Source: a virus (taxonomy: Duplodnaviria > Caudoviricetes). From it: 64,000 nucleotides of DNA. The notes beneath the pieces were generated by a model. That model did no database searches. It was given only the letters and a program-made list of their open reading frames with translations, and was not told where the DNA came from. The position numbers were made by a program, and so were the translations under genes. This document shows, piece by piece, positions 54,243 to 63,391 of the stretch; the stretch's first letter is position 1; every line of letters starts with the position of its first letter. The stretch is from positions 3,502-67,501 of the IMG/VR virus record IMGVR_UViG_3300008255_000137; one strand, written 5' to 3'.

Positions 54243-54830
54243 TTATTCTCCTTTCTTTATTAAAACCGTCAATGAAGGAAAATTATAGTAGGTTCCATAT
54301 TGATAAAATCGATTCACTATTACATTGGTCTCAATCGCTTTTTTGATGGAAGACTTGTTGTACTTTTTCATCCACTCAATATTGTCTCTTTCTTCTGACC
54401 CACCTTCAAATAAAATCAATCCTGACATTCTTAAAATAGGATGCCACTTATCAATCATAAAATTAAAAATATCTCCCGTGTTGCTTAAGTCTGCATGAAG
54501 TTGACATATACTTTTCTTCTCATAATCTTCATGAACTTTAAAGGCGTCTGCTTTTTTTAAAGAAACATACTTCAGCAGTCCTTTGCTATTTAAAATATCC
54601 TTTACCTTTTCTTCATTCCCATGGTTGTGCGGATAATCCTCCCACAGATCATAACAACAAAGATGGCCACGATGAGAATGAAAAATATGATTGCGCTCAA
54701 GGCCCAAAGCTGTCCAAAATGCTGAATATCCATCCAGTACTCCTAACTCCACGCAAGAGTGGGGCTTAAAAGAAACCACCGTGTTTCTAAAAATAGGCCC
54801 ATAATTATTTTGTAAATAAGAGGATCTCAA
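54243..54830 (-). CDS. Class I SAM methyltransferase
   Basis: CVELGVLDGYS, LHADLSN. Confidence 0.75.
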   Translation of the reverse strand: MRSSYLQNNYGPIFRNTVVSFKPHSCVELGVLDGYSAFWTALGLERNHIFHSHRGHLCCYDLWEDYPHNHGNEEKVKDILNSKGLLKYVSLKKADAFKVHEDYEKKSICQLHADLSNTGDIFNFMIDKWHPILRMSGLILFEGGSEERDNIEWMKKYNKSSIKKAIETNVIVNRFYQYGTYYNFPSLTVLIKKGE

Positions 54831-55348
54831 ATCTCTTTTCCATTCTCTATCTTGAAACAGTCCTTCAAGTTTAAATTCAAGTTTCTATAGAAAACTATCT
54901 TTTCTCCAAAGGCCAATTTTAGCTTTTCTTGATAATCAAAAGAATCGACTGCTGCAATATGATCCCAATCTTTAACAAGCAAAGCCAGAACTACATCAGT
55001 TCCTCTTCCTACATTTGAAATATAAATGGAATCATAAAGCTCTGATTTGGCCTCTATTTCTTGCATTCGCTCAATTCTTTTCTTCGATTCTTCAATAATT
55101 TTATCAATAGAAAAATTTACATTTCCTATCAGTCTTCTTGGAATTGGATTATTTCTGTAAGCATCAAATCCTATATACCAGCATTTGAGTATTTCCAGAT
55201 CCCGATAATCTGTGCACCAAAAGTTCTTTCCAGAACCCTTACAGATTTGATTCTCTAAAGGAAAAACTGGATAGTAATTGATACTCTTGATAGTGTTTGC
55301 TACAAAAGAATTTTTTATCAAAAGTATTTCCCACTCTTTAAAATTCAC
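54827..55348 (-). CDS. Hypothetical protein in the glycan cluster
   Basis: 173-aa ORF coupled on both sides; VGRGTD..AVD is weakly Rossmann-like. Confidence 0.5.
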   Translation of the reverse strand: MNFKEWEILLIKNSFVANTIKSINYYPVFPLENQICKGSGKNFWCTDYRDLEILKCWYIGFDAYRNNPIPRRLIGNVNFSIDKIIEESKKRIERMQEIEAKSELYDSIYISNVGRGTDVVLALLVKDWDHIAAVDSFDYQEKLKLAFGEKIVFYRNLNLNLKDCFKIENGKEI

Positions 55349-56445
55349 TACCAGCCTTCCTTAATTGAATTTACAATATACTCTCTATCTTCTTTTGTTA
55401 ACCACCAGCCTACGGGAATACAAATCATACTTTTTACTATTCTATCAGTCATAGGAAGGCTTCTTTCAAATTCCCTTACGCAAGAGTGTTTATCATTTCT
55501 TTCATGAACCCTTGACACCATTATTCCTTTCTCTCCCATCTTTCGGGCAAATCCTGTCCGATCCTCCACAAAAAGAGTGTAAAGCCAATAAGAGGATTTT
55601 CTATTATCCCTCCTTTGGGTCAATCGTATTCCAGGAACAGATCTTAATTCTCTGTTATAAAATTCAGCATTGCTTCTGGCTATTTCAATATTTCTGTCCA
55701 CTTCTTCCATGTTCTTCAAACCAATTGTGGCACAAACATCATTCATGTGATACTTGTACCCATACTGATAAATATCTTCCTCACAGCGCATATCTTTTCT
55801 CGGACCTTCCCGATCAATTCCATACCATCGAAGAAGTTTTCCTTCATCATAAACTTTTCTTTCTTTGCAAAATAAAGCTCCACCATCCACTGAATTCAAA
55901 TTTTTTATCGCCTGAAAACTGAACATACAAAAATCTGAATACTTGCAATCTCCGATAATAGAATTCCGGTAAGTAGAACCATAAGCATGGGCGGCATCCT
56001 CGATTATAACGACACCTCTTTCCTTACAAATTGAGTGAATTTTCTCCATATCGCAAGGATATCCGCCCCAGTGCATTACTATCACTGCCTTTGTTCTTCC
56101 ACAAATATTCTGCTCAATCTCATAAGGACTTATATTCAAATCTTCTTCTATATCTGTCCAAACTATTTTTGCTCCTTGGTAAAGAACCGGCCAGTTGGTA
56201 GCAGTACAGGTTAATGGAGTACAAAGTACCTCATCCCCCGGCCCTACTCCAGCCAATCTCAATGCAAGATGAATTCCATGAGTCCCGGCAGACAAAGAAA
56301 GACAATATGGATTTTTAACTTTGTCAGATAAAGCCCCTTCAAACTCTATCACCTTTTCTCCCTGGCCAATCCATCCTGAATGAAGAACAGATAAAAGATC
56401 CTTATCCACATTCTTACTCATAAAGACTTTAAACAATGGAATCAT
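55348..56445 (-). CDS. DegT/DnrJ/EryC1/StrS PLP-dependent sugar aminotransferase
   Basis: SGWIGQG, SAGTHGIHLAL, IEDAAHA, FSFQAIKNL, DGG. Confidence 0.93.
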   Translation of the reverse strand: MIPLFKVFMSKNVDKDLLSVLHSGWIGQGEKVIEFEGALSDKVKNPYCLSLSAGTHGIHLALRLAGVGPGDEVLCTPLTCTATNWPVLYQGAKIVWTDIEEDLNISPYEIEQNICGRTKAVIVMHWGGYPCDMEKIHSICKERGVVIIEDAAHAYGSTYRNSIIGDCKYSDFCMFSFQAIKNLNSVDGGALFCKERKVYDEGKLLRWYGIDREGPRKDMRCEEDIYQYGYKYHMNDVCATIGLKNMEEVDRNIEIARSNAEFYNRELRSVPGIRLTQRRDNRKSSYWLYTLFVEDRTGFARKMGEKGIMVSRVHERNDKHSCVREFERSLPMTDRIVKSMICIPVGWWLTKEDREYIVNSIKEGW

Positions 56446-57074
56446 TTCAACCTCCTTAAATATCCGGAAGGGTTAAATGTCATTCCAAGTCTTTCCCTAT
56501 AAGGGTCAACTTCAAAACTATCATTCACAAAAAGAAAATCTTGAACGGCTTCATAAGGACCTTTATCATACTCCCATTCAACGGGATGCCCACTTACATG
56601 AGTGTCTTCCACAATCAAATAATTTCCCTGGGAAACATATTGACTATAAATTTCCAATTCTCTCACTACATGATTATAAGAATGAAAGGAATCTAAAATG
56701 ACCATGGTACTAAAATTTTTACAGTATTTCTCAACTTCACTTACTACATCAAAGTCAATACTTGATCCAATTATTTGAATAATAGAATCCCACCATGGAA
56801 ACCACATGGAAGAAAAGTCCACCTTCTTCTCTTTATCAATTGTGACAACTCTTCCTTGATTATCAAACAACTTTAAGATGGAAGCATAAAACAGAGCGGA
56901 ACCTCCCTGACCGGTTCCAGTCTCAATAATTACATCGGGCTCTGTTTCCCAAATTATCTCCTGAATTATCATGGCATCATTCGGGAGTTTCCACATCGGA
57001 ACACCCATCCAGGTTATGGTTTCCCACAAACGACTCTTCTCAAAATAATTGTGGTATTCATCCGATATTTTCAT
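56442..57074 (-). CDS. CmcI-family (rhamnosyl O-methyltransferase-like) protein
   Basis: WMGVPMWKLPND..IIETGTGQGGSALF..ILDSFH..LIVED. Confidence 0.88.
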   Translation of the reverse strand: MKISDEYHNYFEKSRLWETITWMGVPMWKLPNDAMIIQEIIWETEPDVIIETGTGQGGSALFYASILKLFDNQGRVVTIDKEKKVDFSSMWFPWWDSIIQIIGSSIDFDVVSEVEKYCKNFSTMVILDSFHSYNHVVRELEIYSQYVSQGNYLIVEDTHVSGHPVEWEYDKGPYEAVQDFLFVNDSFEVDPYRERLGMTFNPSGYLRRLK

Positions 57075-59959
57075 GATAGAATTTCCTCAATCCATTTATC
57101 GGGTGAATACTCCCTTCTTGCGTGCTCTTTTGCGCTCTCCCCCATTCGAGCCCTTAACTCTGGATTTTGTAATTCTTCCAAAGCAAAGATATAATCTTTT
57201 ACTGAATTACAAAGAAAACCTGAAGAAGGAATCACTCTGTCTTTTGCGCCTGAATGATTGTCTGCCACCACCGGAAGACCCACCGACTGCGCCTCCATGA
57301 TGACTTTGGGACCTTGATCTTCGTATCCTTCGGGAAGACAATACCAGAAACAATTTCCCAAGGACAGAAACTCATCTACTGAGGGATCATTTCTCTTATG
57401 ACAAACAACTTTAAATCGCTCCACAAACTCATTGGATAGAAAAGTTGGGGAAGGCATCAATCTCAAGGAGGCTTCATCTTCTATGCTATCAAATACCTCC
57501 TGAAGAATTTCATTGAAGTTCTTTGGATACTTAGAATCTCCTTGACTGCTGTGTCTCACAATTTTAAGGTTTCCAGAATAATCAACTTTCCTATCAAAGA
57601 ACTTGGAAAGATCCATTGGGGGAGCCATAGAACGGGTCTTTGCTAAAGGAATTCTCTCCTTCAAAGTATTCTCCAAGGAGGAGTTGAGAAATAAATATTT
57701 GTCCCAATCTCTTGTCCACTTGGCTTTATCTGTTCCAATGCCCCCCATTCTAAAATTCACTACCATCACTTTTCTGGTGGCTTTCAATTCAGAAAAGACT
57801 TCTTCTATCTCTGGTTTAGTGAACTCCCATACCCAATCATTCACATACAAAACCAAAAGATCGGTTTCCTCTTTTATTTTTTTCAAGTCATTCAGGAATA
57901 TAGTATTACTATTCCCTTTGTTTCTGAAGGTTCCACAAGGAGCCTGTTTTGGAGAAATGTATTCTGTATTCCATCCTCTTTTATCAAACTCATTCAATAA
58001 CCAAGTGACTGATCCTTCCGCTCCACCTTCTCCTCTTCCATTAAATACTATCCTGACTCTGTTTGAATTAGGGGCTTTAACTGGAGGGGTGCAAGCACCG
58101 ACTTCTGTCTTTCTTTTCCAGAAGGCGGTTCGGTGCCCTCCCTGAGAAATCTTTTCATAACTTTCTTTTAAATGCTTTTCTGCCCACTGTAATTCTGTGG
58201 GACGGCCGGCATCATGGATCAAAACTCTATCAAAATTCTTTGCTATGATGAAGGAGGGCTCCCGATTTTTTCCTCCACCAGGACCATCAACAAAAACCAG
58301 GTCTGCCTTTTCAGGAATAAATATCTTCTTTCCATCCCACAAACGAATATCTAAGGAAGGATTCATTTTCTTAAATCGATCAATATCTTCCTGTCGAGTT
58401 TCATAAGGAACAACTTTCACCCCAAATGAATCAAATAGCAAAGTAGAAAGGCCCACACCGAATTCACAGATTGATTTAACTTCCTCATTTTTGATTATCT
58501 GTTTAATGTATTCCCAGTCTTTATCAGTAATGGATGATCCTCCCCAGTCCATACCAAAGGGCCTCTCGGGTTCTTTTTCTTGAACAAATACCTTCGGCGG
58601 AGTCTTTACTACATTAATTAATTTGGATCGTCCAGAGGATTTATCAAATTCAATGGACAATCTTCCTCCATTATAGTATTTTAAGATTGCCTGAACTACA
58701 TCCTCAGAAGAAATGATGTCCGCACAAAGAGGAACTTTTTGACCGGATTCATCCAAAGTAATTCCGTTAGGACATCCATTGATATCACACTTCCAACAGG
58801 CGGTTGGGGCATCTTGATTTGTGATTGTGCAAGGCAAGCAGCCATCAGTCGCCAAGTATTGCTGTCCAGGATATCTGGTAAACCACACGGGCTCTCTTGC
58901 TCCACTTATTACCACGCATGGTTTATTAAATACGGCTGCAAGATGCATCTGGAAGGAAACAAGTCCGGCAGATCCTTCGCAGTAATTAAACAGATTCAAC
59001 AAATCCCTAAATCCAGTATTTCTGTCTTCTGTCTTTCCGATAAAATCAATCACATTCCTTCCTGAAAGTTTTGGGTGCTTATGTCCTCTTGATCCTATCT
59101 GGACGAACTTTATTTGAGGCAGCTTTTCAACTACCTCTTTCCATTTCCCGAATTCAAAAGTCTTTGCTGTCCAGTCCCCTTTTTCGCCTGCGGTAATCAA
59201 CCAATACGGGGGCTCAATAATTGGAGGACGATTGTATTCTTCTTCGGTCATATAAAGATCCCCACGGATGGGACCTTGCTCAATTTTTATTCCAAGAATG
59301 TTCTCTATTGAAATTCTAAAAGCATTGGCAAAATGATTATCTGATCTGTTGGAAGCATTGGTTGCTTTTCCAGGGCCAATATACAATTTAACCGCTCCGT
59401 CTTTCTCAATGGCTTCCTTTACTGCCCTTCTATTGTATTCCACCATCTCTGAATCAGAGGGTTTTCTTTCTTCCTTTTTAAACGACAGAGGGTCAATAAT
59501 GTCTGTCCAAGTTTCTCTATCGATGTTTGGATTAAAATCCCACATGTGAGAAACGGTGGATTGAACCTGAACTTTTATATTCGGAAATTGTCTTTTAAAA
59601 TCCCGAATAGCGCAGGTGAACATTATAATGTCCCCGATTGCCTGTCGATTATGAAAGACAATTCTCTTTGGTAAAAGAACTTCCTTTTCTTCTTTTTCTT
59701 CATTTACAAAACTGGCTCCAGCCTCATGATAAATCTTTTCAAGAATTTCCTCCCTGACTTCTCTGTTTGACGGAAAAAGAATTGAAGTATGGGCATGATC
59801 CTGTTTTCCACAGCGTACTGCTACAATAGAATCATGGTATTCCAGCCCCTCCAAATTCGGATCTTTCTCAAGAATAGAGATGTTTTCCCCCATGTGAAAA
59901 CGTAAATTCTTAACTTTCTCTTTCATCAGTCTCATGACTTTTTGATTCATCATTTCCAA
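57071..59959 (-). CDS. Multidomain GT9 (heptosyltransferase-like) + methyltransferase + GT4 glycosyltransferase
   Basis: AIGDIIM..KTFEFGKW..MHLAAVFNKP; CEFGVGLST..VFVDG; GGAE..EDQGPKVIMEAQSVGLPVV. Confidence 0.85.
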   Translation of the reverse strand: MEMMNQKVMRLMKEKVKNLRFHMGENISILEKDPNLEGLEYHDSIVAVRCGKQDHAHTSILFPSNREVREEILEKIYHEAGASFVNEEKEEKEVLLPKRIVFHNRQAIGDIIMFTCAIRDFKRQFPNIKVQVQSTVSHMWDFNPNIDRETWTDIIDPLSFKKEERKPSDSEMVEYNRRAVKEAIEKDGAVKLYIGPGKATNASNRSDNHFANAFRISIENILGIKIEQGPIRGDLYMTEEEYNRPPIIEPPYWLITAGEKGDWTAKTFEFGKWKEVVEKLPQIKFVQIGSRGHKHPKLSGRNVIDFIGKTEDRNTGFRDLLNLFNYCEGSAGLVSFQMHLAAVFNKPCVVISGAREPVWFTRYPGQQYLATDGCLPCTITNQDAPTACWKCDINGCPNGITLDESGQKVPLCADIISSEDVVQAILKYYNGGRLSIEFDKSSGRSKLINVVKTPPKVFVQEKEPERPFGMDWGGSSITDKDWEYIKQIIKNEEVKSICEFGVGLSTLLFDSFGVKVVPYETRQEDIDRFKKMNPSLDIRLWDGKKIFIPEKADLVFVDGPGGGKNREPSFIIAKNFDRVLIHDAGRPTELQWAEKHLKESYEKISQGGHRTAFWKRKTEVGACTPPVKAPNSNRVRIVFNGRGEGGAEGSVTWLLNEFDKRGWNTEYISPKQAPCGTFRNKGNSNTIFLNDLKKIKEETDLLVLYVNDWVWEFTKPEIEEVFSELKATRKVMVVNFRMGGIGTDKAKWTRDWDKYLFLNSSLENTLKERIPLAKTRSMAPPMDLSKFFDRKVDYSGNLKIVRHSSQGDSKYPKNFNEILQEVFDSIEDEASLRLMPSPTFLSNEFVERFKVVCHKRNDPSVDEFLSLGNCFWYCLPEGYEDQGPKVIMEAQSVGLPVVADNHSGAKDRVIPSSGFLCNSVKDYIFALEELQNPELRARMGESAKEHARREYSPDKWIEEILS

Positions 59960-61201
59960 TCAACCTTTCTCCAATCTCCACAGACACCTGGGGGATCGGT
60001 CTTCAGTTTGTCCAAGATAAGTAGATTTGCAATCCAGGGATTCAATCCCCTTCAGCATTTCCTTCACATGACCAGTTTCAAACTCTTCCGGAGCATTATG
60101 ACTTTCTATATAGCACCTCCTCCATTTGATGTTTTTAAGAATAACAAACATATTCCCATAAATATGCTTGTAAATAGAAAGAGCAAATACCACATCAATC
60201 TCTTTATGACAAAAGTAATTCCTGATCTCTGAAATCAAAGAAGTTACCCTGTTCAAATTTCTTTGAATAAAGTTAATCGGAAGTTTATTGTAATGGGCCA
60301 AATCTCTTGCACAATCAATGTAGTCTTTTTCGTTGTCTATTCCAAGAAGTTTGCTTGCTCCTCTCCTTCTTGCTTCCACGAGAATTGAACCAAGATTGCA
60401 TCCTAAATCAAGAATGGACAGACCAGTCATATTTCTTTCCACATCCATTTTTTCATATCGATACAAGGTGTCCCTTGATCCAGACTTATACTTTCCATCA
60501 ATAAAGTAAGTCTGATAATTTGCCCTTCTCTGCTTATGAGGAAACTGTGTCAGATTAAAAATTCTATTTTCCAGTTCCTCCTTATTTAATAAAGGAATTT
60601 CTGTATCAGAAAGAGAATGAGGGAGACTCCATTTAGGCATATCCCATATTGTTCTTCGGACATCTACCAAATATCCATTCACAATATTCCCAGGTTTGAA
60701 GTAATCATTGTATGCTCCAATGGTCATCTCAATTTTAGACTCATTCAGAAATTTATCAAAAGATTGTTTATTAAAATCTCCCTTTGAAGAAAGTTTTCTT
60801 GCCGAAACCATTTCATAACCATACTTTCCAATAACATCACAGTGCTCAGTTCCATAAGGAAAATATGAAGTAAATTTTCTTATATAAATCATATCCCCTA
60901 TCGGTGGAGACAGATTCCTTTCTGAAAGTAATTTCATCATTTTGTATTCAAGAAGAATTGATCGAAGAGATTCTTTTTCAAATCCTTCCGAGTTCTGATT
61001 AAAACTTCCTTTAATAATTTCTTCCTGATTTCTCCCTTTTTCCCAATCTCTGTAGGATTCAATTTTTCCATGATGACTCCAGAGTATCTTTATTCCTATT
61101 TCTGGAATCCACACCGAGTGCTTCCCAATTAAGCAGGAATAAGAAAGTCCATCAATACGAATTTCATTCTCAGAAAGGAAAGCGGTATCAAATACTTTCA
61201 T
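59960..61201 (-). CDS. Kinase-like + class I methyltransferase fusion (start reassigned to MKVFD)
   Basis: ATGA overlap at 61198-61201; GIKIL..LLEYKMM..DYFKPGNIVNGYLVD; LDLGCNLG..LLGID. Confidence 0.7.
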   Translation of the reverse strand: MKVFDTAFLSENEIRIDGLSYSCLIGKHSVWIPEIGIKILWSHHGKIESYRDWEKGRNQEEIIKGSFNQNSEGFEKESLRSILLEYKMMKLLSERNLSPPIGDMIYIRKFTSYFPYGTEHCDVIGKYGYEMVSARKLSSKGDFNKQSFDKFLNESKIEMTIGAYNDYFKPGNIVNGYLVDVRRTIWDMPKWSLPHSLSDTEIPLLNKEELENRIFNLTQFPHKQRRANYQTYFIDGKYKSGSRDTLYRYEKMDVERNMTGLSILDLGCNLGSILVEARRRGASKLLGIDNEKDYIDCARDLAHYNKLPINFIQRNLNRVTSLISEIRNYFCHKEIDVVFALSIYKHIYGNMFVILKNIKWRRCYIESHNAPEEFETGHVKEMLKGIESLDCKSTYLGQTEDRSPRCLWRLEKG

Positions 61202-62178
61202 TGTAAAAGCCTTTCTACACTCAATTCCATTTTGGCGTCTTTTCCAGACCATATATCAATTGCATACTGAACTCTTCTTTGAGTGCTGTGATACTTTTGT
61301 CCAAACCAGAAGGCTTTCTGACGAATACATTTTCCCATATCTGGATTATCAATGGAGTAAAATTTATAGAGTTCTTGAAAATGCTCAAAGGACTGATAGC
61401 CCAAGTAGTGATCCCCATCCTTAAAAAAGTAATCCATGTTTGGATGTTTGTTATGAAAATACAAAGCTCCCGCACCCGTATATTGAAACGGACGCACATC
61501 ATTATAAAGATGAATGGACTCCCCCATCTGAAAGCCAATTATTGCCTTAGAGGAGGAAGATACTTCAGCGGTCAAAAATCTGGAATTCCCATAAACTGGA
61601 TCGGGATAAACTCTTACATTGTATTTTGTCTTTAACTTCTCGACAAATTGGGATCGCTCATAATGATAGGGATCTTCCGGGTTCTTTGAAATTCCTCCAG
61701 TAAACACCACATCCCCCTCAAACTCTTTCATCTCTTCCGAGATATCCGACTGATACAAACAGGGGTATGGCCAATGATAGCAAGGAACTTTCCACCATTT
61801 CTCAGACCATTTTTTTCCTTCCCCATTATTTATCAAGACTGCATCCACAATATCATTTATGGGTTGAGGATATCGGGGCTCTGTTCGGGCATCCCCCATG
61901 TGGTAGAAAATAAAGGTTCCCAATTTCTTTCGGCACCATCTCAGAAGATCAAATACTTCTTCTCGATTATGGGGTTTTCTATTAAAAATACAATGAGCAA
62001 AAATTATGTGGGGCTTGAAAAAATCAATCTGCTCCCTCACACTAAGAAGAGGTTGGGATAACAAAGAAACCGGACGGAACCAGGCTCCACAACGAATAGC
62101 CCCTTCCAAAACACCGTATGTAAAATAACTGTAATATCCGGTGTAATCTCCCAGTCCCACAATTCGAGTCTGTTTCAT
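61198..62178 (-). CDS. GT-B glycosyltransferase (CgeB/Glyco_trans_1_2-like)
   Basis: VVFTGG..RSQFVEKL..NDVRPFQYTGAG..KYHSTQRRV. Confidence 0.8.
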   Translation of the reverse strand: MKQTRIVGLGDYTGYYSYFTYGVLEGAIRCGAWFRPVSLLSQPLLSVREQIDFFKPHIIFAHCIFNRKPHNREEVFDLLRWCRKKLGTFIFYHMGDARTEPRYPQPINDIVDAVLINNGEGKKWSEKWWKVPCYHWPYPCLYQSDISEEMKEFEGDVVFTGGISKNPEDPYHYERSQFVEKLKTKYNVRVYPDPVYGNSRFLTAEVSSSSKAIIGFQMGESIHLYNDVRPFQYTGAGALYFHNKHPNMDYFFKDGDHYLGYQSFEHFQELYKFYSIDNPDMGKCIRQKAFWFGQKYHSTQRRVQYAIDIWSGKDAKMELSVERLLQ

Positions 62179-62708
62179 TTTAGAATCATTACTCCCATTC
62201 CATTATACTGGTCTTTCAAGAATGACTCCAAAGAAACCTCTTTCACCTCACTTTCAGAAGTGTGTTTTTTCATTGAATAGTAAGATTTATTTTCATAATT
62301 TTTTATCAAATCAATTACTTCTTCCGGTTTATAGTGCCAGGGTGCCGTATGAACTTTTCCATTGGGGGTGGTGAATACTATTCCTTTACAACTTACGCTA
62401 ATCATATTTTGAATAAAAACTTTGGGATCATAATTGACATGCTCAATCACATCAAAAGCAGTTACATAATCCCAACTCTTTCCTTTTTTAAAATCAACCA
62501 AATCTCTTGAGTCAACAATAAAATCCACTTGCTTCATCAAGGCTCGATTAGCATCAGAAGTAAAAACCTGATTATTTCCTAAAGATAGTCTTTCCTTTGA
62601 GAGTCCTCTTCCCGAGCCTATATCCAAAATCGAACTCCCTTTAATAAATTCTCCAAAAAACTCCTGCCACGCGAATTGAAGGTCTGCTGGGGCTTCTTTT
62701 GAATACAT
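62175..62708 (-). CDS. Class I SAM methyltransferase
   Basis: ILDIGSGRG, VTAFDVIEHV, FTTPN. Confidence 0.88.
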   Translation of the reverse strand: MYSKEAPADLQFAWQEFFGEFIKGSSILDIGSGRGLSKERLSLGNNQVFTSDANRALMKQVDFIVDSRDLVDFKKGKSWDYVTAFDVIEHVNYDPKVFIQNMISVSCKGIVFTTPNGKVHTAPWHYKPEEVIDLIKNYENKSYYSMKKHTSESEVKEVSLESFLKDQYNGMGVMILK

Positions 62709-63391
62709 TAAAATTTTCTCTCCCCTTCTCTCACAGAATTCTGAAAGCCAAGATGTTTCACATAAGCATGAGTTCCTATTCTCCCTAAAAAGTAAGACCC
62801 TACATTTAATATCATCCAGTCTGCTGAAGGCATCTTTTTTCCTCTTTTAACAAGAGGATTTATAAACCAAACAGGATTCAAATTTCTTGGAGGAGTTCTC
62901 CAGAACTTCATTATAAAATTTCTTCTCCATAAAGCTGGGGTGAATGCCCAGTGTGGATTTGTAGTCAGACATACTCCTGATTTTTCCACTTCTTTCTTTT
63001 TCCATCCATGACGTTCTGAGGCAATCTCTCTCTTATGAAAAGCAATTTGATTTACATCCGAATTTTCCTCCATTATTTTAACCATCAGATCCAAATCAAT
63101 TTCCTTGATGACTTCCCAGTCATCCTCAATATTAAAAACATAATCAGTGGCCGTTCTTCTCAATAGAAAATCAATGGAGGGACCTTGATTTATTGGAGGA
63201 TTGTGCATGAATACTTCATCAAAATTCTCTTTGGCTATCCGAATGCATTCCTTGGAAGCCTCTTTATTTAAAACATCCTCATGAAACAAAACTCGAAGTC
63301 TTCCACTATACTTCACAAACTTCTTAAAGGGCTCAAGCGAAGCCTGTAACAGATCAGGGCGAGAAGCAGAAGTGCGAATTACATCAATCAT
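62708..63391 (-). CDS. GT2-like (GT-A) glycosyltransferase
   Basis: VIRTSASRPDLL..FNIEDDW (DxD-like). Confidence 0.8.
   Translation of the reverse strand: MIDVIRTSASRPDLLQASLEPFKKFVKYSGRLRVLFHEDVLNKEASKECIRIAKENFDEVFMHNPPINQGPSIDFLLRRTATDYVFNIEDDWEVIKEIDLDLMVKIMEENSDVNQIAFHKREIASERHGWKKKEVEKSGVCLTTNPHWAFTPALWRRNFIMKFWRTPPRNLNPVWFINPLVKRGKKMPSADWMILNVGSYFLGRIGTHAYVKHLGFQNSVREGERKF

Noticed and set aside
262-62061. Numerous short plus-strand ORFs in the ORF track
   Set aside because: All overlap longer motif-bearing minus-strand genes and show no recognisable domains.
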